Positions 8,770-18,168 of a stretch of DNA of 64,000 nt are shown here, in pieces. This stretch comes from Clostridia bacterium (GTDB taxonomy: Bacteria; Bacillota; Clostridia; Christensenellales; UBA1242). The stretch spans positions 37,491 through 101,490 of the forward strand of contig JAZONM010000005.1 of the NCBI GenBank assembly GCA_045654505.1, given 5' to 3'. The first letter of the stretch is position 1; each line of letters starts with the position of its first letter. The position numbers and the translations under genes are program-made. The notes below the pieces were generated by a model. The model ran no database searches. It was not told the origin of the DNA and saw nothing but the letters and a program-made list of their open reading frames with translations.

Positions 8770-11130
8770 ATGTTTGAAAAAATTATCAAAAGAGATGGAA
8801 GAGTAGTAAACTACGACATTAGTAAAATCGAGAAGGCTATTCGCAAAGCAATGGAAAGTGTTGATGAGTCGGCAAATGCTAGCGGTGCTCTTGCAAAACT
8901 TGTAGAGGTTGAGCTTGAAAAAACATACAAGGACAATTATCCTACTGTCGAGCAAATACAAGACGTAGTCGAAAAAGTACTTATGAAAAATGAGTATGAG
9001 GCTGTTGCGAAGTCATACATTATGTATAGAAAAAATCGTGAAAATTTGCGTAATGTAAAAAGCACAATGCTAGATTACAAAGATACTGTTAATAAATATC
9101 TTAAACTTGATGACTGGAGAGTAAAAGAAAACTCTACTGTTACTTATTCAGTAGGCGGTTTGATCTTAAGCAATTCAGGTGCTATTACTGCGAATTACTG
9201 GTTGAGTGAAGTGTATGATAAAGAGATAGAACAAGCACATAGAAATTGTGATATTCATATCCATGACCTTTCAATGCTTACAGGTTATTGTGCTGGTTGG
9301 TCGCTAAAACAACTTATTAAAGAAGGACTAGGTGGAGTAACAGGAAAGATTTCTTCAACTCCTGCAAGTCACTTGTCTACACTTTGTAATCAAATGGTTA
9401 ATTTCCTAGGTATAATGCAAAATGAATGGGCAGGCGCTCAAGCATTCTCATCATTTGATACATATCTTGCACCATTTGTAAAAGTAGACAATCTATCATA
9501 TAAAGAAGTAAAACAATGTATTCAAAGTTTTATTTATGGTGTCAACACTCCATCACGCTGGGGTACTCAAGCGCCATTTACTAATATTACGCTTGACTGG
9601 GTTGTGCCAAACGATTTGGCCGAATTGAATGCGATAGTAGGCGGTGTGGAGCAAAACTTTAAATATAAAGATTGTGAAAAAGAAATGGCTATGGTAAATA
9701 AAGCCTTTATCGAACTTATGATTGAGGGTGATGCCAATGGTCGTGGTTTCCAATACCCAATCCCTACATATTCAATTACAAAAGACTTTGACTGGTCTGA
9801 TACCGAAAATAATCGTCTTCTATTTGAAATGACTGCTAAATACGGTACTCCATATTTCTCCAATTATATCAATAGTGATATGGAGCCATCAGATATTCGT
9901 AGTATGTGTTGTAGATTGCGTCTTGACTTGAGAGAGTTGAGAAAAAAATCAGGCGGATACTTCGGTTCGGGTGAGAGTACAGGTAGTGTGGGTGTTGTTA
10001 CTATCAATATGCCACGTCTTGCATATCTATCTAAGGACGAAGAAGAATTTTATCAAAGACTAGACAAAATGATGGATATCTCAGCTCGCTCACTAAAAAC
10101 AAAGAGAGAGGTTGTGTCTCAATTGCTAGAGTATGGCCTATATCCATATACAAAACGTTATCTTGGATCTTTCAATAATCACTTCTCGACAATCGGTCTT
10201 GTAGGCATGAATGAGGCTTGCTTAAATGCTAAATGGCTAGGTAAAGACCTTACACATAAAGAGTGTCAAGAGTTTACTAAAAATGTACTTAATCATATGA
10301 GAGAAAGACTTAGTGATTATCAAGAAAAGTATGGTGACCTATACAATCTTGAGGCGACTCCAGCAGAAAGTACATCTTTCCGTTTTGCAAAACACGACAA
10401 GAAAAGATATCCAGACATCATTTCTGCATCAAATAATGAAAATGTACCTTATTACACAAATAGTTCGCACTTGCCAGTAGACTTCACTTCTGATATCTTT
10501 GAGGCACTTGATATTCAAGACGAACTCCAAACCCTATATACTTCAGGTACAGTATTCCACGCATTCCTTGGTGAAAAACTTGAAAATTGGCAAACATGTA
10601 TGCAATTGGTAAGAAAGATTGCCGAAAACTACAAATTGCCATACTACACAATGTCACCTACATACTCTGTATGTCCAAAACACGGTTATTTAGCAGGTGA
10701 GCACTACACTTGTCCTGAGTGCGGAACAAAAGCTGAAGTGTATAGCCGTATTACTGGTTATTATCGACCTGTTCAAAACTGGAATGATGGTAAATCACAA
10801 GAGTTTAAGGAAAGAAAGAATTACGATATAAAGAATAGTAAATTAAAACATGAAAAATGTGAGTGTAAATGCGAAGAAAGTAAGAAAAACGAAAAAGTAG
10901 ATGCGCTTACACTATTCACTACAAAGACTTGCCCAAACTGTAAAATGGCAAAGATGTTGCTTGACAAAGCAGGTATTAAATACAATGTAATCGACGCTGA
11001 AGAAAATGCAGAGCTTACAAATAAGTTTGGTGTGAAAAAAGCACCTACATTGATTGTTCCGACTGAAGACGGTGCAAAGTATTATGACAATGCTAGTGAA
11101 ATAAAAAGATATATTGAGAGTTGTAAATAA
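8770..11130 (+). CDS. nrdD: Anaerobic (class III) ribonucleoside-triphosphate reductase with a C-terminal glutaredoxin/NrdH-like domain
   Basis: N-terminal ATP-cone (FEKIIKRDGRVVNYD). Zn ribbon CPKHG..CPECG. Glycyl-radical motif RITGYYRPV. Then a ~100-aa extension with a CPNC thioredoxin fold. Start taken at ATG 8770 (RBS aaggag) rather than TTG 8746. Confidence 0.9.
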   Translation: MFEKIIKRDGRVVNYDISKIEKAIRKAMESVDESANASGALAKLVEVELEKTYKDNYPTVEQIQDVVEKVLMKNEYEAVAKSYIMYRKNRENLRNVKSTMLDYKDTVNKYLKLDDWRVKENSTVTYSVGGLILSNSGAITANYWLSEVYDKEIEQAHRNCDIHIHDLSMLTGYCAGWSLKQLIKEGLGGVTGKISSTPASHLSTLCNQMVNFLGIMQNEWAGAQAFSSFDTYLAPFVKVDNLSYKEVKQCIQSFIYGVNTPSRWGTQAPFTNITLDWVVPNDLAELNAIVGGVEQNFKYKDCEKEMAMVNKAFIELMIEGDANGRGFQYPIPTYSITKDFDWSDTENNRLLFEMTAKYGTPYFSNYINSDMEPSDIRSMCCRLRLDLRELRKKSGGYFGSGESTGSVGVVTINMPRLAYLSKDEEEFYQRLDKMMDISARSLKTKREVVSQLLEYGLYPYTKRYLGSFNNHFSTIGLVGMNEACLNAKWLGKDLTHKECQEFTKNVLNHMRERLSDYQEKYGDLYNLEATPAESTSFRFAKHDKKRYPDIISASNNENVPYYTNSSHLPVDFTSDIFEALDIQDELQTLYTSGTVFHAFLGEKLENWQTCMQLVRKIAENYKLPYYTMSPTYSVCPKHGYLAGEHYTCPECGTKAEVYSRITGYYRPVQNWNDGKSQEFKERKNYDIKNSKLKHEKCECKCEESKKNEKVDALTLFTTKTCPNCKMAKMLLDKAGIKYNVIDAEENAELTNKFGVKKAPTLIVPTEDGAKYYDNASEIKRYIESCK

Positions 11131-11131
11131 A

Positions 11132-12043
11132 ATGTATGACATTATAATAATAGGCGGAGGTGTCGCAGGAATGACTGCGGCACTTTACGGTCTAAGAAAC
11201 AGTAAGAAAGTTATGCTAATCGAAGGTCATAGTATTGGTGGTCAAATTGCTGAAAGTCCAAAGGTAGAAAACTTTCCAAGTATAAAGAAAATTTCGGGTG
11301 AGAAATTGTCAAGCGACCTTTTCGAGCAAATAACAGACCTTGGCGTAGAATTTGAGTTTGATAATGTGGAGAGCATAAGAAAAGAAAACAATACATTCTA
11401 TGTTTCGGGTGAATTTAATACTTACGAGGGCAAATCGGTAATAATTGCGACAGGTGTAAAACATAGAAAACTTAATCTTCCAAATGAAGATAAGTATGTA
11501 GGAAAAGGTGTTTATTTCTGTGCAATATGTGACGGTCCTTTCTATGCAGGTAAAGAGGTGACTCTAATTGGTGACGGCAATACTGCATTGCAATACGCGC
11601 TTCTTCTTAGTGATATTTGTAGCAAGGTCAATTTGGTGATTATGTTTGATAAGTTTTTCGGCGATGAAGCACTTGTGAAAATCGTTGAAAAAAGAGACAA
11701 TATAAATATCATAAGAAATAGTAAAACAATCGAATTGATTGGAGATGAAAGCCTTACTGCTATAAAATTTGAGAAAAACGACAAAACAACATTCGTAATT
11801 GAGAATGAAGCGTTGTTTGTGGCAATCGGTCAAATTCCTGACAATAAACGTTTTGAAAATCTTGTCGATTTAGATAAAAATGGTTTCTTTGATGTGGACG
11901 AGAGTGCTACTACAAAGACTGAAGGTTTGTTTGTTGCAGGTGATTGTAGAAAGAAAGATGTAAGACAAGTTGCGACAGCAATTTCGGATGGCGCAAATGC
12001 TGCTACAAAAGCATGCCTTTACGTAAACAAACTAAACGTATAA
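11132..12043 (+). CDS. Thioredoxin-reductase-like flavoprotein (CAIC redox centre; NADPH-specifying HRR motif absent)
   Basis: DIIIIGGGVAGMTAA (FAD), CAICDG (11519-11530), second dinucleotide motif LIGDGNTA, C-terminal GLFVAGDC. Starts 1 nt after the nrdD stop. Confidence 0.8.
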   Translation: MYDIIIIGGGVAGMTAALYGLRNSKKVMLIEGHSIGGQIAESPKVENFPSIKKISGEKLSSDLFEQITDLGVEFEFDNVESIRKENNTFYVSGEFNTYEGKSVIIATGVKHRKLNLPNEDKYVGKGVYFCAICDGPFYAGKEVTLIGDGNTALQYALLLSDICSKVNLVIMFDKFFGDEALVKIVEKRDNINIIRNSKTIELIGDESLTAIKFEKNDKTTFVIENEALFVAIGQIPDNKRFENLVDLDKNGFFDVDESATTKTEGLFVAGDCRKKDVRQVATAISDGANAATKACLYVNKLNV

Positions 12044-12084
12044 TACAAATCAAAAAATGTTATATTTAGAATTAAGCAAAAAAT

Positions 12085-12117
12085 AAAAACTTATATCAGG
12101 CGATATAAGTTTTTTTT
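12085..12117. terminator. Bidirectional terminator between the TrxR-like gene (+) and nrdG (-)
   Basis: aaaaacttatatc / gatataagttttt 13-bp stem, loop aggc, T-run. Confidence 0.75.
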
Positions 12118-12190
12118 GTGATATTATTTATTACATTAAAGAGACAATCTTAATAAAGTCTGTATTGAATTATCTGTCCAATATTTCTGT

Positions 12191-12874
12191 CTAGTATCCG
12201 CGAAGATAAACTGCATCGACGTGATTGGAAAGGTGTTTTACAAAATCATTGGCTTTATCTTTGTTTACAGCGTGCAATCCGCTTTGGATACAACTACCGC
12301 TGTCCACAAATTTTTGCAAGTAATATCTTTTTGCGCCATCGAGTACTTGCGCCATTTTGATTATGTCTTCTTTTTTATGAAATTCGTCGATAAGGGTAGT
12401 GCGAAATTCGTAATCTATACCACACTCCTTAATATATTTTATAGACTCAAGGATTGTATCGCAGTCAGTGTCTCTGCCGGCGGTAAGTGGATATTTCTCG
12501 ATTGAGTTTTTTATATCCATTGCAATATAGTCAATAAGCTTTTCTTCCACCAGTCGTTTTATCATTTTTAGATTGGTCCCATTGGTGTCGAGTTTTACTT
12601 TGTATCCCATATTTTTTATTTTTTTTATAAAATCGGGAAGGTCGGGGTATAGAGTAGGCTCGCCACCAGACACGCATACACTGTCTAGCATATTTTTGCG
12701 CTTATCCAAATACTCAAGGACTTCACTTTCATGTATCTCGTCTTCTTCACCACTTACCAGAGAGGAGTTGTGGCAAAATGGACACGCAAAATTACAATGT
12801 CCAGCAAAAACTGTACATGTTATGTGCCCGTCCCAGTCGACAAGAGATAATTTTTGTAGTCCTAGTATTTTCAT
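12191..12874 (-). CDS. nrdG: Anaerobic ribonucleotide reductase activating protein (radical SAM)
   Basis: CNFACPFCHN cluster motif, GGEPTL. Start chosen at MKILGLQK (12874) with RBS ggagaagg, not the upstream in-frame ATG at 12916. Confidence 0.85.
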   Translation of the reverse strand: MKILGLQKLSLVDWDGHITCTVFAGHCNFACPFCHNSSLVSGEEDEIHESEVLEYLDKRKNMLDSVCVSGGEPTLYPDLPDFIKKIKNMGYKVKLDTNGTNLKMIKRLVEEKLIDYIAMDIKNSIEKYPLTAGRDTDCDTILESIKYIKECGIDYEFRTTLIDEFHKKEDIIKMAQVLDGAKRYYLQKFVDSGSCIQSGLHAVNKDKANDFVKHLSNHVDAVYLRGY

Positions 12875-12971
12875 ATCCTTCTCCACATATATTATACAAT
12901 ATATACCAATTTTCAAAAAGTGTTTTGTTTGAAAAGTTTTTGTGTTTTAAAATATGCTAAAAATGTGGTGA

Positions 12972-12999
12972 TTGACTTTGAGCGAATATCGTGTATAAT
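12972..12999 (+). promoter_or_regulatory. Sigma-A-type promoter for the 13028 gene
   Basis: TTGACT (12972-12977), 16-nt spacer, TATAAT (12994-12999). Confidence 0.55.
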
Positions 13000-13027
13000 A
13001 TTAGAGATATTAAAAAGGAGGTGTATT

Positions 13028-14134
13028 ATGGAAGATAAAAACCTAGAAGATATGACAATGGACGAAAAGGTCGAAGATTTTTATAATTACTTTAGTAATA
13101 AGAAAGAATACAACCTCCCACTTGAATTGGGTTTTGTCGTTGGACAATGGAATAATACTTACGGTGACAGAAACAAAAACGAGGATGCTGCGAACGAGTA
13201 CACAAAAACAACAAAGCTTTTAAATTATTATAGAAGTTTTGCGACAAGAGGTGAAGAAGACAACATAACAGTAATGAAAGCCTACTTGTATAGCAATGAA
13301 AATCTAAACAAACTATTTGAAAGTTCGGAAATCGACGTGAAAGATAAAAAAGTAATGTTGGTTGGTACTGGTTTGTGTCAAGCATACAATGCTATACTAA
13401 ACGGTGCAAGCGAAATTACTATATGTGATGCAAATGTAATGCTAGAACCTGCTGGAGAGTTGAAGACAGCTTTAATGTGCGTATTGAATCGTAAAGAATT
13501 TTTGGAGTTTTATAATTATGATTTTCCTGAAAATTTTTTCAAAAATCATAATGTTTATGCTAAGGTTTCACAATATCTTAGTGATGAGGCAAGGCAATTT
13601 TGGGATACTGTGGCTCTAGAAGGTGATCAAAAGATTTTAGAGGTTTTGTTTCATAGAGATTGTTGTTATCACGGTAGTAGTTTTTACAAAAAAGATTCTG
13701 AATACAATCGCTTGCAAAAACTATTATTGGCGAAAAATTTTAAAATAAATTATAAAGTGGGAAATTTTTGTGATTTTCCTACAATGCTTAATGACCAGTA
13801 TGATTTTATGTCTTTTTCCAATATTAAAGAATATTACAATAATGTAGATGATTTTTATAATGTGTTAAAAACTCTTTATGATAAAAACCTTGCATATGGT
13901 GGTGTTATGCAGACCAATTCTAGACTCTATGATTGGGATAAAATAGAAGAAGTTGAGAAATTGAATCAGCTTTTACCAAGTGCTAGAATTTTTAAAATTA
14001 AGGGAAGCGGACTTATAAGTAGAAAATTGATGAGAGATGAGAGGGATTCGCCGACAGCATGGGATTCGGTATTTGTAAAAAAGGAAAAAACCTCTACAAA
14101 ATGCGAAGAAAAAGATTGTGTACAAGGAAAATAG
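13028..14134 (+). CDS. Hypothetical protein, possibly a DUF3419/BtaA-like SAM-dependent fold
   Basis: Start at ATG 13028 behind aaaaggagg. KKVMLVGTGLCQAYNAILNGASEITICDANVMLEPAGELKTAL resembles the Rossmann/N-x-x-Q..LK signature of DUF3419. The assignment is by recollection only. Confidence 0.45.
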   Translation: MEDKNLEDMTMDEKVEDFYNYFSNKKEYNLPLELGFVVGQWNNTYGDRNKNEDAANEYTKTTKLLNYYRSFATRGEEDNITVMKAYLYSNENLNKLFESSEIDVKDKKVMLVGTGLCQAYNAILNGASEITICDANVMLEPAGELKTALMCVLNRKEFLEFYNYDFPENFFKNHNVYAKVSQYLSDEARQFWDTVALEGDQKILEVLFHRDCCYHGSSFYKKDSEYNRLQKLLLAKNFKINYKVGNFCDFPTMLNDQYDFMSFSNIKEYYNNVDDFYNVLKTLYDKNLAYGGVMQTNSRLYDWDKIEEVEKLNQLLPSARIFKIKGSGLISRKLMRDERDSPTAWDSVFVKKEKTSTKCEEKDCVQGK

Positions 14135-14176
14135 TATTGTTGATTAATAAACTGTAATGTATTAAATTTACAATTT

Positions 14177-14209
14177 AAAAAAGGACTGACATATTGTCAG
14201 CCCTTTTTT
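14177..14209. terminator. Bidirectional terminator
   Basis: aaaaaaggactgaca tat tgtcagccctttttt. Serves the + gene ending at 14134 and the minus-strand small ORF. Confidence 0.75.
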
Positions 14210-14240
14210 GAAGATAATTGAAAATTTCAAAATCCAATAA

Positions 14241-14375
14241 TTAGAAATTAAAATTATCAAAATTGTTATTAAAGTTATTGTTGCCGCAGCATCTATTGCA
14301 TCTATTAAAATAGTTTCGACAGCAACAGTTGTTTCGAGTACCACAACAAGTATTGCAACCGCAATTCCAGTTCAT
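14241..14375 (-). CDS. Unannotated 44-aa cysteine/asparagine-rich small protein
   Basis: Hand translation: MNWNCGCNTCCGTRNNCCCRNYFNRCNRCCGNNNFNNNFDNFNF (10 Cys). RBS aaaggag 8 nt upstream. TTGTCA..TATAAA promoter-like sequence upstream. Terminator downstream. Below the 60-aa ORF-track cut-off. Confidence 0.6.
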   Translation of the reverse strand: MNWNCGCNTCCGTRNNCCCRNYFNRCNRCCGNNNFNNNFDNFNF

Positions 14376-14511
14376 AATCTATTCTCCTTTAGGTGGGACA
14401 CCTACTTCATTTTATACAAAAAATTTTATTTAGGTGACAATTTTTGAGTGTGGCATGCCTTTAATACGCACAAATCGATAGTATTAAAATATTTTATGAG
14501 AGGTTTTGCTG

Positions 14512-14770
14512 TTGACAAGGGGGACTAAATTTGCTAAACTTATCGTAGTTTGATAAAGACTATGACGGTGATTAAGTAGTGGGCAGATTTCCTTACAGAG
14601 AGTTTTCGATGCTGAGATGAAAACAGGTAAAGTTTGTCTATCGAATTTCGGCACTCGAGTCGCCTTATGAAAAGTAAGGCCGTGTGATTGCGTGATAAAT
14701 CGAAATGAGAAGTAAATAGGGTGGTACCACGATGAATTCGTCCCTTGGCAAAACCAAAGGGATTTTTTGT
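14512..14770 (+). promoter_or_regulatory. Promoter plus T-box leader (Phe specifier) controlling pheS-pheT
   Basis: TTGACA-17-TAAACT (14512-14540). Stem-I elements are present (agtag, cagagag). Candidate specifier UUC/UUU in cgaatttcgg (~14643-14650). T-box tagggtggtaccacg (14717-14731). Terminator cccttgg..ccaaaggg plus T6 (14742-14768). Confidence 0.8.
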
Positions 14771-14784
14771 TTTTAGGAGGAAAT

Positions 14785-15813
14785 ATGAACAAAGACTTAC
14801 AACAAATATTACTACAATTTGCAAAGGAGTGCGAAGGGATTGAAGAAGATAAAGTGCTTAATGATATCCGCGTAAAATACCTAGGTAAAAATGGTTGTGT
14901 GACAGACGCATTGAAAAAAATCAAGGACGTGCCAAATGACCAAAAGAAAGCATATGGTGAAGAAGTAAACAATGTGAAAAAAGAGATTGAAGCAAAACTT
15001 GAAGATTTGAAAGAAGTTTTGAGAAAAAAAGAAATCGAAAAAGCATTGTATCTTACTGAGCATGTTGATCTTACTCGACCATCGACTGAGAATATTGGCA
15101 GTCTGCACCCAATCACAATACTACAAGAGCGCATAATTAAGATATTTACAAGTATGGGCTTTACGGTAGAAGATGGACATGAAGTTGAGACAGAGTACAA
15201 CAATTTTGAGGCGGTAAATGTGCCTAAAAATCATCCAGCACGTGATATGCAAGATACATTCTATCTTGAGAATGGTCAAGTATTAAAGACACATACATCT
15301 GCAAGTCAAAACCGTATTATGAGAAAGTATGGTGCGCCATTAAAGGCAATTTTCCCAGGTAGATGTTTCCGAAATGAAGAGCTTGATGCGTCTCATGAAA
15401 ACACATTCTTCCAATTGGAAGGCATGATGATAGACAAAAATATTTCTATCAGCAATTTAATTTATTTTATGAAGACTATGTTGTCTGAGGTTTTTGGAAA
15501 GGAGATGAGAGTGCGTCTTCGTCCAGGTTTCTTCCCATTTGTTGAGCCTGGATTCGAACTTGACTGCTCCTGTCCTTTCTGTGATGGCAAAGGCTGCAAA
15601 ACATGCAAGCACGGTGGTTGGATTGAACTTTGTCCTTGTGGAATGATACACCCAGAGGTGTTAAAGATGGGCGGTATCAATCCTGACGAGTATCAAGGTT
15701 TTGCATTTGGGCTTGGATTTACTCGTCTTGCAATGATGACTTTTGATGTGAATGATATAAGAGTACTGAATTCTGGAAAACTTGACAAATTGTCTCAAGC
15801 GAAGTTGAAATAG
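14785..15813 (+). CDS. pheS: Phenylalanine--tRNA ligase alpha subunit
   Basis: Class II aaRS motifs (FPGRCFRNE.., GFAFGLGFTRLAMM). Start at ATG 14785 behind aggagg. Confidence 0.95.
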   Translation: MNKDLQQILLQFAKECEGIEEDKVLNDIRVKYLGKNGCVTDALKKIKDVPNDQKKAYGEEVNNVKKEIEAKLEDLKEVLRKKEIEKALYLTEHVDLTRPSTENIGSLHPITILQERIIKIFTSMGFTVEDGHEVETEYNNFEAVNVPKNHPARDMQDTFYLENGQVLKTHTSASQNRIMRKYGAPLKAIFPGRCFRNEELDASHENTFFQLEGMMIDKNISISNLIYFMKTMLSEVFGKEMRVRLRPGFFPFVEPGFELDCSCPFCDGKGCKTCKHGGWIELCPCGMIHPEVLKMGGINPDEYQGFAFGLGFTRLAMMTFDVNDIRVLNSGKLDKLSQAKLK

Positions 15814-15822
15814 GAGAAAGAT

Positions 15823-18168
15823 ATGTATATTTCATTAAATTGGATAAATGATTTTGTAGATTTAAAAGGTGTAGATCTTGAAAAACTTATCAATCAATTT
15901 ACTCTGTCTTGTGCGGAAGTAGAAGGATACGAGAGAAAGGGTGATAAATTTAGTGGTGTTGTTGCTGGTAAGATAATCAGTGTGGAAAATCACCCAAATA
16001 GCAAGAAATTACACTTACTTAAAGTTGATGTGAAAAAAGAAGTTTTGGACATTGTGTGCGGTGCTCCAAATGTAAAAGAAGGCATTATTGTTCCTGTGGC
16101 GCTTGATGGTGCTAAGATTGGTGATATTGAAATACATCCTGCTACTGTAGGTGGTTATACTAGTTATGGTATGTGTTGTAGTGCGAAAGAACTTGACATT
16201 ACCGACGACAATTCGGGGCTTCTTGTTTTGCCAGAAGACACTCCAATCGGTGAGGATTTAAAAAAGATTTTGCCGGTAGAAGATGTTATATTCGAAATCG
16301 ACAATAAGAGTCTTACCAATCGCCCTGATATGTGGGGACATTATGGTATTGCTCGTGAGATATCTGCTCTACTTGGCAGACCTCTTAAAAATATTCCTGT
16401 TTATGACGGAGCTTGGGGTAAAAACAAGGTAAGTGTGAATGTAGACAGTAAGAATTGTTATCGCTACACAAGTGCTACTATGGACAATATTACTCGTAAT
16501 GTTTCGCCTCTTGAGATGCAAATACGACTATACTATGCGGGTATGCGTCCAATCAATTTCTTGGCGGACATAACCAATTACATTATGCTTGAGCTTGGTC
16601 AACCTATGCACAGTTTTGACAATAATGACGTACAAGAAATTGGGGTTGTTGATGTGAAAAAAGACACCCAATTTGTGACACTAGACAAAGAAACCCGCAA
16701 TCTTCCAAAGGACACAATGGTAATTACTAATGGAAAACAACCTGTTGCAATAGCGGGTGTTATGGGCGGACTTGATAGTGAGATTAAGGATGGCACAACA
16801 AGCGTGCTAATCGAAAGTGCTTGTTTTGACGGTGCGAAAGTAAGAAAAACCGCTGTTGCTCTAGGTCTTCGCACTGAGGCTAGCGCTAGATACGAGAAAA
16901 TGCTTGACCCTGAGCTTACATTGACAGCACTAAAACGTTTTGTATACATCGTAAAAGAATACGATAAAGGGGCCAATATTACAAGTGACATCACTGACGT
17001 ATACAATTACCAATACCCAGCAAAAACAATCGAAATCACTAAAGATTATATCGACAATTTTGTAGGAATGGAGATAGAAAAAACCCGAATTCTTGAGATT
17101 TTGAAAGCGCTTCAATTTAAGGTGGTCGAGAAAGGAAATACATTTGTAATAGATGTGCCTTCATTCAGAAATACAAAAGATATCAATGGAAAACAAGATA
17201 TTGTCGAGGAAATAACTCGTATTTTCGGTTATGACAATATCCAACCAAAGTCCACACTTCAAGTTGTTGCTCCACAAAAACTTGACAAGCAAATTTCTCT
17301 TGAATATGATGTAAAATATGCACTTGCAAGTAGATACAATATGCATGAAGTACATAGCTATATCTGGTACGATAGTGAGAGTAATGCGTATTTTAATATC
17401 AAACCTAAGAGTGAAATAAAGATTGTAAATGCAATAAATAAAGAAAATGACGAAATAAGAAGTACTATGCTTCCAAGCATGCTTAAAGTTGTGTATGACA
17501 ACAAAACCACATATGCCAATTTTGGTGTATTTGAAATAGGTAGGGTCGTTTCGGGACTAAATAAGGATAATCTTGTCAATGAGGAAAAATCGCTTGCCTT
17601 TGCCTTGTATGACAAACAAGGCGCAAATGGACTTCTTAAAGCAAAAGAAATAGTAGATTATGTGTTGAAATATGTAGTAAAGTGTAATGTGAAATACGTA
17701 CCTGCAAAACCAAAACACGAGTTCTTGTCACCTGCCAATTATTATGAAATTTGTGTAGACGGTAAAGTGGTCGGTCTTATTGCATCTCTTCATCCCGCCA
17801 ACAAACCAGATACAAAATGTGACATAACTTTGTGTGAAATCAATTGGGATATGTTGGTAAACGCTGAAGAAAGACAAACAAAATTCGCTCAAGTATCCAA
17901 ATTTCCTAAGAGTGAACTTGATTTCAATTTCCTTCTTCCAAAAGATACAAATTATAGTGAAATTGAGAAGATTGCATATAGTGTAAGTGCGGATTTTGAT
18001 TATACTGTCACATTGCTTGATGTGTATGAGATGGAAAATGCGAAGAGTTATACTCTTCATTACGAATTAGTATCCTTTACACGTACGCTTGTAGCGGAAG
18101 AGATAGAGGTTTTCCATAAAAAAGTAATTGGTGCTTTTGCAGAAAACAATATCAATCTAAAATTGTAG
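15823..18168 (+). CDS. pheT: Phenylalanine--tRNA ligase beta subunit
   Basis: 781 aa. N-terminal tRNA-binding domain (VVAGKIISVENHPNSKKLHLLKVD), B3/4 and B5 regions, C-terminal anticodon-binding-like domain. Immediately follows pheS. Confidence 0.95.
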   Translation: MYISLNWINDFVDLKGVDLEKLINQFTLSCAEVEGYERKGDKFSGVVAGKIISVENHPNSKKLHLLKVDVKKEVLDIVCGAPNVKEGIIVPVALDGAKIGDIEIHPATVGGYTSYGMCCSAKELDITDDNSGLLVLPEDTPIGEDLKKILPVEDVIFEIDNKSLTNRPDMWGHYGIAREISALLGRPLKNIPVYDGAWGKNKVSVNVDSKNCYRYTSATMDNITRNVSPLEMQIRLYYAGMRPINFLADITNYIMLELGQPMHSFDNNDVQEIGVVDVKKDTQFVTLDKETRNLPKDTMVITNGKQPVAIAGVMGGLDSEIKDGTTSVLIESACFDGAKVRKTAVALGLRTEASARYEKMLDPELTLTALKRFVYIVKEYDKGANITSDITDVYNYQYPAKTIEITKDYIDNFVGMEIEKTRILEILKALQFKVVEKGNTFVIDVPSFRNTKDINGKQDIVEEITRIFGYDNIQPKSTLQVVAPQKLDKQISLEYDVKYALASRYNMHEVHSYIWYDSESNAYFNIKPKSEIKIVNAINKENDEIRSTMLPSMLKVVYDNKTTYANFGVFEIGRVVSGLNKDNLVNEEKSLAFALYDKQGANGLLKAKEIVDYVLKYVVKCNVKYVPAKPKHEFLSPANYYEICVDGKVVGLIASLHPANKPDTKCDITLCEINWDMLVNAEERQTKFAQVSKFPKSELDFNFLLPKDTNYSEIEKIAYSVSADFDYTVTLLDVYEMENAKSYTLHYELVSFTRTLVAEEIEVFHKKVIGAFAENNINLKL

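Noticed and set aside
8553-8961. Two minus-strand ORFs (78 and 95 aa) upstream of and overlapping the nrdD start
   Set aside because: No RBS, odd composition, and overlap with the nrdD regulatory region and coding start.
12221-12960. Plus-strand ORFs antisense to nrdG (94, 119 and 60 aa)
   Set aside because: These are shadow ORFs opposite a well-supported radical-SAM gene.
12920-13027. Upstream extension (36 aa) of the 13028 gene
   Set aside because: It runs through the gene's own TTGACT/TATAAT promoter and the nrdG start region. ATG 13028 has a perfect aaaaggagg RBS.
14484-15203. 239-aa minus-strand ORF
   Set aside because: It lies antisense to the Phe T-box leader and the 5' part of pheS. 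It is Ser/Phe-rich low complexity with no RBS, typical of a shadow ORF opposite a real gene.
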